From positions 29,822,001 through 29,886,000 of the forward strand of contig JANJGN010000012.1 of NCBI GenBank assembly GCA_026770705.1: DNA of 64,000 bases, written 5' to 3'. Both the position numbers and the translations under genes were made by a program. Under the pieces are notes generated by a model. The model saw only the letters and a list, made by a program, of their open reading frames with translations, had not been told where the DNA came from and ran no database searches. The DNA is from Isurus oxyrinchus. Taxonomy: Eukaryota. Below are positions 57,001 to 64,000 of this stretch, in pieces. Positions within the stretch are counted from its first letter, which is position 1, and the number at the start of each line of letters is the position of its first letter.

Positions 57001-60000
57001 TACTCTACTCCTACCTGCAAGTGGTGAGTATACGAAGGTACACTTTGCAGATATTACATTCTCAGTCCAGGCAAAATGCAGGAACGTAGAAACACAAAGA
57101 AATGTGAGAAATGATTCTACTAATGTATTGTTGGCTGGAATGATGCATTGGACAATCATGCGCTCATGATTTTTGGTGAAATACCATCCGTTGAAACGAG
57201 GCTACATTATGTTACTCAAGAGCTTCCATTATTTTCTGGTTTTACCAAATCATAGAGCACAACTTTGTGCAGAAGCTTTGATATACTCTCCATGCTCTCT
57301 GCTTATCTCAATAAAACATTGCCTGTTTGAATGTTTGCAGCAGAAACATCGTCTTCAAGTACACAGACATCGACGGCAGCACTGACCTCTACATCTGCTC
57401 CTCCCACAACAAGTGGAACAACATCAACATTCACCGCACGCTCTACTGAAGAGTCAACAACGGAAGAATCGACAATCAGTATGTCACTCTCAACAACAAG
57501 TGGTGAGAAAACAAAAGCACTTTTTGCAACCTTTCCTTTATGAATTCATTCAAACTGCTGGACAATAGAATTATGTACTCAAAAGCTATTGAAACATTAC
57601 AGGAGTATGTTGTTGTTATAATTTCCCAGTTTTAATGTTATGTCAAACTGTCTTGGTACTCTAACGATTACCAGCCACATATCTTTCTTAGTGTCTTTCA
57701 GTAAATGCGAGTTCCAACAAAAATTGGGGCACAAATATTGTTCAAAAACTTTCATGTATTTTTCCAACTTTTTCATTTCCCTCAATAACAATATATCCCT
57801 TCTTCAATCACAGCGGCACAAGCATCAACAGCAAATACACAGACATCCACAGTAGCACCGACCCCTCCATCAGCTCCTTCCTCAACAGGGACAATAGCAC
57901 CAACATCTACAGCAAGCTCGACAGAAGCATCGACATCTGAGGCAACGACAGTTACAACCTCACTCCCTTCAACAAGTGGTGAGTGGCTGAGTGCTCTCTG
58001 CTCACTTCTAACATTCTGATTTCTTTCACCTACTGAATGTTGAGAAACGGACAATAGACTTGGAAGAGTAGAATATAGCATCAAGTTGGCTCTGAATGTG
58101 CAGAGGACAATCATGTGCAAATGAAATTGTTTTGATTAATGCTTTGCAACATGGTCATTCGTTACTTTCCTTGCATATCTGGTGAAGAAGGCAACTTTTC
58201 AGCTATAATATAACAATGTTGTTCCAAGCATTATGTATACCCCATTCAGTCTAACTTCAATTTTCATAAAAGCAGCAACAGAAATTTCAACTACAAGTAC
58301 ACAGACATCCACTACATCAGAAGCCACCACATCAGCTCCTGCCTCAAGCAGCATGATAGCGATGACAACTACTGGGAGCTATACAAATGCATCGACTATT
58401 GCAGTAACATCAATTACAACATCACTCCCTTCAACAAGTGGTGAGTATGTGAGTCCTGTATTATCACTTTGACCATCACTAATGCTTTCAGCCCACACCG
58501 AGGTTTAACAGACTAAACTGGAGAGAGATCAACTGATTACAGCAAGGTGCTGGCTACAATTGCCCCAAGTAGAATTATGCGCAGATGAGGTTTACTCAGT
58601 ATTGTTGTTTCAAGACGGCAAGCTAAGTTACTAATTTTCATGAGCTGGGACTTCTTAGAAGTCGATTCTTTGGGCCAGATTTTTAGAATGTTGTTCCACA
58701 CGTTTTGAGTGCTCCCTTAAGCCTATCACCTCTTTTAATAACAGCAGCAACAGAAACTTCAATTGCAAATGCACAGACATCTACAGCAGCAGAAACCTCA
58801 ACATCAGCTTCTGTTTCATCAAGTGCAACAGCACAAACTACAGTGAGCTCCAATAAAACATCAATAACTGAAGCAACAACAGCCACTACTCCACTCCCAT
58901 CAACAAGTGGTGAGTATACGAAAGCAAGCTTTGCAGATATTACATTCTGAGTCTAGGCAAGATGCAGGAAGGTAGAAACACATAAAGAAATGTGAGAAAT
59001 GATTCGACTAGTGTATTGTTGGCTAGAATGATGCATTGGATAATCAGGCATCGAGTTTACATTAGGTTACTCAGGAGCTTCCATTATTTATCGGTTTTAA
59101 CAAATTATACAGCACAACCTTTGTGCAGAAGCTTTGATATACTCTCCATGCTCTCTGCTTACTTAAATAAAACATTTCCTGTTTGAATGTTGTCAGCAGA
59201 AACATCATATTCAAGTACACAGACATCCACAGCAGCACTGACCTCTATGTCTGCTCCTCCCTCAACAAGTGGAACAGCATCAACATCCACCACAGGCTCT
59301 ACTGAAGGGTCAACAGCTGAAGAATCGACAATCACTACGTCACTCCCAACAACAAGAGGTGAGAAAACAAAAGCACTCTTTGCAACTATTCCATTTTGAA
59401 TTCATTCACACAGCTGGATGATAGAATTACTTACTGAAAAGCTATTGAAACATTACAGGAGTATGTTGTTGTTATACTTTCCCACAGTTAATGTTATGTC
59501 AAACTCTCTTGGTACTCTAACGCTGCCACAATTCCCGGCCACGTTATCTTTCTTAGTTTCTTTGAGTAAATGCGAGTTCCAACAAAAAGTGGGGCACAAA
59601 TGTTGTTTAAAAACTTTCATATATTGTTCCATCTTTTTCATTTCCCTCAATAACAATATATCCCTTCAATCACAGTGGCAGAAGCATCAACATCAAATAC
59701 ACAGATGTCCACAGTAGCACCGACCTCTACATCAGCTACTGCCTCAACAATTACAATAGCACCAACATCTACAGGAAGCTCAACAGAAGCATCGATATCT
59801 GAGGCAACGACAGTGACAACCTCACTCCGTTCATCAAGTGGTGAGTAGCTGAGTGCCCTCAACTCAGTTCTAACATTCTGATTTCTTTCACCTACTGAAT
59901 GTTGAGAAACAGACAATAGACTTGTAAGAAAATAATATAGCATGTAGTTGGCTATGTGAAAATGACAATCATGTGAAGATGACATTGTTTTGATTAATTC

Positions 60001-60298
60001 TTTGCATCATGGCCATTTGTTACTTGCTTTGCATATCTGACGAAGAAGGCAACTTTTCAGCTGTAATATAAAGATGTTGTTCCGGGCATTATGTATACCC
60101 CATTCAGTCTATCTTCAATTTTCATAATAGTAGCAACAGAAATTTCAACTGCAAGTACACAGACATCCACTACATCAGAAGCCACCACATCAGCTCCTGC
60201 TTTAGGCAGTACTATAACGATGACAACGGCCGGGAGCTCTACAGGTGCATCGACCACTGCAGTAATATCAATCACAACATCACTCTCTTCCATAAGTG
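1..60298 (+). CDS. Internal part of a giant multi-exon mucin-like (Ser/Thr/Ala-rich) gene; about 124 tandem exon modules; 5' and 3' ends lie outside the recognisable region
   Basis: Each S/T-rich segment is bounded by an AG acceptor and a GT donor (mostly G|GTGAGT or G|GTAAGA). Lengths are 159-168 nt, multiples of 3, and always phase 1-1. Frames stay open in the diverged copies checked, while introns take indels. No signal peptide, VWD, SEA or transmembrane domain is seen, so the family cannot be named. Confidence 0.85.
571..738 (+). CDS. A-family exon, variant A' (168 nt); repeats at 3514, 6457, 9400 and 12343
   Basis: Acceptor ttctataatag|CAGCAACAG; donor AGTC|GTGAGT; encodes AATEISIASTQTSTTSEATTSAPASSSTIAMTTVGNFTDASTTAVTSITTSLPSTS. 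Confidence 0.75.
1043..1206 (+). pseudogene. B' exon variant (164 nt): frameshifting and with a weakened donor; probable pseudo-exon or terminal exon; 13 copies
   Basis: Reads TCAAAAGTC|GTGACT versus TCAAAAAGTG|GTGAGT in intact B. That is a 1-bp deletion plus changes at donor positions -1 and +5. Confidence 0.65.
1524..1685 (+). CDS. C-family exon (162 nt), representative copy
   Basis: Acceptor tgttggcag|CAGAAATA; donor AGAG|GTAAGA; encodes AEISYSSTQTSTAALTSTSAPPSTSGTASTSTEGSTEGSTTEESTITTSLPTTR. The pyrimidine tract is weak. Confidence 0.7.
2006..2167 (+). CDS. D-family exon (162 nt), representative copy; missed by the ORF track
   Basis: Acceptor cccttcctcaatcacag|TGGCAGAA; donor AGTG|GTGAGT; encodes VAEVSTNTPTSTLAPTSTPASATTSTIARTSTASSTEASTSEATTVTTSLPSSS. 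Confidence 0.8.
2462..2629 (+). CDS. A-family exon (168 nt), representative copy
   Basis: ttccataatag|CAGCAACAG ... AGTG|GTGAGT; encodes ..AMTTAGNTTNASTTAVTSITTSLPSTS. Confidence 0.8.
2931..3095 (+). CDS. B-family exon (165 nt), representative intact copy
   Basis: ctcttttaataacag|CAGCAACAG ... AAAAGTG|GTGAGT; encodes AATETSTANAQTSTAAETSTSTSVSSSATAQTTVRSTKTSITETTTATTLVPSKS. Confidence 0.8.
17177..17344 (+). CDS. A* exon (168 nt) with a GTTAGT donor; 6 copies
   Basis: AGTG|GTTAGT at 17344/17345; read-through gives GGT TAG. Confidence 0.6.
18138..18296 (+). CDS. C2 exon (159 nt) using the distal AG; 6 copies
   Basis: gttggctgcag|AAATATCG ... AGAG|GTAAGA; still phase 1-1. Confidence 0.65.
18616..18780 (+). 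CDS. D2 exon (165 nt, one extra Thr codon relative to D)
   Basis: tcacag|TGGCAGAAGCATCAACAACAAAT ... AGTG|GTGAGT. Confidence 0.78.
27060..45300. repeat. Mosaic of 2,943-bp-type and 3,789-bp-type units
   Basis: Offsets: 27085 to 30028 (2943), 30028 to 33817 (3789), 37603 to 40546 (2943), 38658 to 41601 (2943). Diagnostic SNPs switch type within units. Confidence 0.9.
50021..50419 (+). pseudogene. C-terminal GIY-YIG endonuclease fragment of a Penelope-like element
   Basis: Open frame KRCNTCP..FTCISPNLVYCIRCSQCGLLYIGETKRNLGDRFAEH..RKLEEQHLIFRLGTLQPSGLN: the VY..CxxC..YIGET, R, E and GLN motifs of PLE endonucleases. No reverse transcriptase is present. Confidence 0.9.
50703..50854. repeat. 152-bp near-perfect palindrome (75-bp arms, 2-nt loop)
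   Basis: ACTCAGCAGG...ACAGAAC aa GTTCTGT...CCTGCTGAGT, with 2 mismatches by eye. Confidence 0.95.
50779..50817 (+). ncRNA. Minimal hammerhead-ribozyme-like motif with a variant core, copy 1
   Basis: AGTT-CTGTCGA-AGGGTC atgag GACTC-GAAAC-GTC^AACT. Stem I is AGTT/AACT, stem II is GGGTC/GACTC, stem III is the palindromic ACGT. The core is CUGUCGA rather than CUGANGA. Confidence 0.55.
50955..51017. repeat. Compound microsatellite (CT)n-(C)n-(CA)n
   Basis: Read directly from the sequence. Confidence 0.95.
51062..51100 (+). ncRNA. Minimal hammerhead-ribozyme-like motif, copy 2
   Basis: AGTTCTGTCGAAGGGTCATGAAGACTCGAAACGTCAACT, inside a ~125-bp direct repeat of 50778-50903. Confidence 0.55.
55726..55752 (+). 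pseudogene. Truncated C exon (about 263-bp deletion removing most of the exon and its donor)
   Basis: ..CAAGTACACAGA joins directly to GTTAATGTTATG of the C-D intron. Confidence 0.85.
60131..60298 (+). CDS. Last recognisable exon of the array (A family, 168 nt)
   Basis: ttcataatag|TAGCAACAG ... ATAAGTG|GTGAGT; frame is open. Confidence 0.75.
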
Positions 60299-60419
60299 GT
60301 GAGTATATGATTGCTGTCTTAACACTTTAACCATCACTAATCCTTCCAGCCCACTCCGGGGTTTAAAAGACTAAATTGGAGATAGATCAACTAATTATGG
60401 CAAGGTGCTGGCTACCACT

Positions 60420-61531
60420 TGTAAAATCAGCATGCTGTGATCACACACTATCTCACTATCTGCACGAAGGCATCGGACTCACCTGCTTGGGCCTTGATGT
60501 CCACATGTGTGCAGTCTATTGCACCCTGTACTCAGTAGAAGCCAGCAATGGCCGTGAAGCCTCTTGCTCACTCTGCCTGACTTGCCTGATCCCAATGGCA
60601 GTGGATGAATGTTAACGCATGTTTAAACAGAGCGTCTGTAACCTGCTTGACACAAGTGTGGACAGCTGATTGGGAGACACCACAATGATCATCCCCAACC
60701 CCTGGAAGGAGCCAAAAGCATAGAAGTTGAGGGCAGCTTTGACCTTCTGAACCACTGGAACTGGGTGGCCACCCACACAGTTAGTGGCAATCTCAGGCTC
60801 TATCATCTCACAGATATAGTTAATTGTCTCCCTTGATAGCCGGAGCCTTCTTCAGCACTGCACCATCAGACATATTGAGGTAGGTGCTTCTCCGCCTTTA
60901 TACCCTGGCATCTGGATAGTGGCATCTTCTGTCGCCCCTTCCGCTCTTGACTATCTCTTGGCCCTGCACCCCTTGTGCCTGCGCCTGTCCTCCCAAAGGT
61001 GGCTCCCCTGGAGGCTGAATGTGCTCTCCTGGCCTCCTCCCGCTTCTTGCCCTCCCTTCCTCCTCAGAGAAGCTGCCTCCAGTGGACAGTTCAGCTCCGA
61101 TTCCCAGGCTAAGGGAAGGCTTCCTGAAACCTGCAGGCCCAGAAAACATTACTCATTGCAGGGTGATGACCTGAAGGTTAAGAGTCCAGAAAAAGCAGCT
61201 GGAGAGCGTTTTGAAGTAGTGCAGATCACACAGGCAAGTTTCAAAAACTTTCAAAAATAAATATTTGACTGTGCACACTCGCGACCACAGTGAGCCCCCT
61301 TATCTCGCCCGTGGATGAGGTTAATCCAAATGTATCCTAACCGCCTTCCCGTCGCGCCCATGTGCCAACCCGAAGATTGCACAGGTGTCGAAAAATTGGC
61401 GTTGATTGCTGAGTCAAGGGTTTTAAGTTGCCGGTTAATTAATGGTGGGCATGTGTTGGACATCATCACATGCCCACCCAGCAAAATATTGCGATGACCC
61501 GCCCCCACCTGCTAATGGAAAAACTCCACCT
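60420..61531 (-). mobile_element. Decayed PIF/Harbinger DNA transposon fragment (HARBI1-like DDE transposase N-terminus)
   Basis: Minus strand, with frameshifts and stops: RRLRLSRETINYICEMI..KVKAALNFYAFGSFQ..CGVSQSAVHTCVKQVTDAL..FTAIAGF*VQGAIDCTHVDIKA (GAIDCTHV at 60502-60525). Possible terminus near 61,530; boundaries are approximate. Confidence 0.85.
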
Positions 61532-61589
61532 CTGCAGTCACACCCTCCTGTCGCTGATCACAGACCAAATTTGAATGACCAAATCTGAG

Positions 61590-62025
61590 GGCAAAGTGTG
61601 CAGGTAACTCTCCCCTTGCCTGATGTGGCGCAATGCCTGCAGCTCAGGCTCCAGCTCCTCAACTCGGACCCGAAGTGCTGCAAACACTTACTACAGATGT
61701 GTCCACTCTGGATCACCTTGGTGTCCAGCAGGCCCCACATGCTGCAGCAGCAACACATCACCTGTCCTGCCATCACTATCACATTTTATTCAATTATTTA
61801 TTTAATTACTCTCGTATCCCTGCTCCTAACACTTGAAGAATCCTCACTCTTTACACTTTATTGTCATATTTTTTTACATATCAGTATCGACCTTATACTC
61901 AACAACTATTTCTTACGAAACGAGAAAAAAATACTAGAGACCTGAACACAAATTAAAGACCTTACTTTTACTTTAAAGAATAAAAATACTCACAAATCCT
62001 ACTCACCAATCAGCTGCTCTCCGCA
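61590..62025 (-). mobile_element. CR1-type LINE 5' fragment (5' UTR plus ORF1 N-terminus)
   Basis: From the ATG at 61773: MAGQVMCCCCSMWGLL..HICSKCLQ, then a frameshift into LRVRVEELEPELQALRHIRQGESYL. This resembles the zinc-finger/leucine-zipper start of CR1 ORF1. Confidence 0.7.
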
Positions 62026-62366
62026 CTCTTTAATGGTCCTCATATGCTCCTCGCTATCTCACTGTCAAAGGCCCCGCTACTCCTCTTGTTCTCTCACTGT
62101 TAAAGGCCATGCTGTTCCTCTCACTCTCATTGTTAATTGCCCTGCTGCTCCTCTCACTCTCTCACTGTTACTGGCCCCACTGCTCCTCTCGCTCACTCAC
62201 TGTTAATGGCCCTGCTGCTCCTCTCACTCTCTCATTGTTAATGGCCCCACTGCTCCACTTACTCTCTCACTAGTAAAGGTGCCATTGCTCCTCTCGCTCT
62301 CTCACTATTAATGGCCCCGCTGTACCTCTCACTCACTGTTAATGGCCAGGCTGCTCCTCTCACTCT
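62025..62366. repeat. Degenerate minisatellite, ~35-bp unit, about 10 copies
   Basis: Consensus close to CTCTCACTGTTAATGGCCCCRCTGCTCCTCTCACT. Confidence 0.9.
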
Positions 62367-63728
62367 TTGTTCTCACTCTCACTTCTATCTGTTATTCCAA
62401 ATGACTTTTGATCCCTTAAGGTAAATGGAAAAGTGCTTAATAGAATCTGAAGACACTTACTGTTAAAAGTTTTGGGTCTTGCCAAGATATTCTATCAGGC
62501 ACAGTGGTGCTGCCAATTCACATGAGTGACACAAGTGTCAAACATTTGGGGAGCGGTGAGAAGGGGGGTGCCTAATACCAAACAATGCAAAGTATAACCA
62601 AAGGGATAACCAAAGGGATAAACTCATGTAATCCAAATTGGATATTCACACCTTTTGCATTTGCTTTGCATTGTGTATCTTTCATCATTTCTAAAGTGGC
62701 CTGAGAAAACACCTGTTAAGATCAGATACAAGTTATTAAACTGCTTTATTTCACAAACAGCAAGCGAAAATACAGTTATAATTAGATTTATGTAATTCCA
62801 TGAATACGAATTATCTTTGCATAATAGCAAAATAATGAACATATATGTCCCCCACACCTTGCTTGACTTGAACCAAGTAATTCTTAGCTATCTTCCTGAA
62901 TCCTGACTTTCTGCTTCTGGGCAAAGCCTGCTCTAGCAGCTTACTGTTTGAAAATCTGACTGTCACTGCATTAGGATTAGGGTTAGGGTTTCTGGCCCTT
63001 TTCAATCCCACGTTCAAAACTGGACACATGAGTCTATGTAGATAACTCATGCCAATTGCTTGGGACTGGAGACTTCAAAACGCAATGTATATGAGGGTTC
63101 ACTGAATACCAAGATATATTTTTGATTTTTGGGGAAACAACGTCAATGGCTAGATCATTGATATTTTAACTGCCTTTTGAGTTTTCAAAAACTTGTGTAA
63201 ACATATTTTGTTTGAAAGTATCTCTTTTCCAAATACTTTCAATGAAAAATATGAATCCTTATTTTCACATCTACCACTCCCTCAAGACTTTATAGAGAAA
63301 ACAGTTCCAAATGTTGTAGTATAATCAGCATCCAGAAGGTATTGCCTGGTTTTTCTATGCCTTTCAAATAAAAGCAAGGTTATTCTTGTTTTCTTTTAAG
63401 TTGTGAAACATGGATATGGATTTGACAAGTGATCTCACACACTCACCTCCTTGCACATCAACCTGCACTAATGGCAATTACTACTGCTCACCAGGTCTCT
63501 CTTCCGAAGTCGAATTGACATTACCGATAAAATAATTTTTCAGCATGGACCTGTCCAAGCAGCATTTTTGACTAGTTTATTTTTTTTTAGGATCATGAGG
63601 TTAATTTGCATTTATATAAGTGTATGAGCTCTAATCATGTTGCATTGCTGAGACTGGTGTCATATTTATTGTTAATTTGCAAACTGTGAGTATCTGAAAG
63701 GAAACATCAGACTTCCTATTTACACATT

Positions 63729-64000
63729 GGGCAGGATTTTCAGGTTGTTGGGTGGGTGCGGCGGGCAGGTCTGGGAGTGGCCAGGAAATGGCCCGCAATC
63801 AACCGCCAACCGCGGTTTCTCACTGGCTGAACAATTAATGGCCAGCCAGCGTGAAAGGCATGCTGAGAAGCTCAACGCTGCCGGTGTGGGGGCAGGAGCA
63901 GGGCGAGCGCTGAAGTCTGTGCAGGTGCGGGGGAGCATACAATGAAAGCTGCCTCAGGGAGCTGAAGAATTTTAAACAAATGAATAAAGTTTCAAAAATT
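63729..64000. mobile_element. Probable left end of a non-autonomous Harbinger-like element
   Basis: Abrupt switch to GC-rich sequence starting GGGCAGGATTTTC. It loosely resembles the reverse complement of the end near 61,530 (GGTGGAGTTTTTCC..GGTGGGGGCGGG). No partner end is in the window. Confidence 0.4.

Larger units (their letters stand above)
45300..60415. repeat. Diverged ~1.9-kb ABCD tetramers at the 3' edge of the array
   Basis: Same exon order, but with many private substitutions and intronic indels. Homology stops after ..GGTGCTGGCTAC near 60,415. Confidence 0.92.

Noticed and set aside
16-60293. Many minus-strand Val/Ala/Asp-rich ORFs
   Set aside because: They are antisense shadows of ACA/TCA/GCA-rich exons. 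Consistent splice signals are on the + strand.
1-60415. CRISPR-like or antigenic-variation cassette array
   Set aside because: There are no short repeats with unique spacers and no cas or recombinase genes. Spliceosomal signals explain the periodicity.
62971-62990. TTAGGATTAGGGTTAGGGTT telomere-like motif
   Set aside because: Only about 3 units, too short to call an interstitial telomere.
63380-63600. Possible next unique exon after strong acceptors at 63400 and 63590, or a short minus-strand exon near 63490-63550
   Set aside because: The phase-1 frames stop quickly, there is no convincing donor on the + strand, and no peptide is recognisable.
60898-63945. Short ORFs at 60898-61508, 62624-63050 and 63720-63945
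   Set aside because: They lie in transposon remnants or featureless DNA and show no recognisable domain.

Overview
Eukaryotic DNA, probably a cartilaginous fish (inferred only from the style of its repeats). Bases 1 to about 60,400 are the interior of one very large + strand mucin-like gene. Its Ser/Thr-rich domain is split into about 124 short (159-168 nt) phase-1/phase-1 exon modules, counted by hand, belonging to four homologous families (A, B, C, D). Exons and introns were amplified together as a ~1.89-kb ABCD tetramer, with higher-order repeats of 2,943 bp, 3,789 bp and 14,310 bp. Copies are near-identical up to ~45 kb and increasingly diverged toward the 3' edge. Some amplified variants carry splice lesions: 13 frameshifting B' copies with a weakened donor, 6 A copies with a GTTAGT donor, and lost acceptors apparently rescued by NAGNAG sites. 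A 5'-truncated Penelope-like retroelement (GIY-YIG ORF, 11-bp target-site duplication (TSD), hammerhead-like motifs, nested palindromic self-insertion) sits in one intron. The array is capped by a decayed Harbinger transposase, followed by a CR1 5' fragment, a minisatellite and another probable DNA-transposon end. The start, end and identity of the gene are not visible. Most ORFs in the supplied track are exon read-throughs or antisense shadows.
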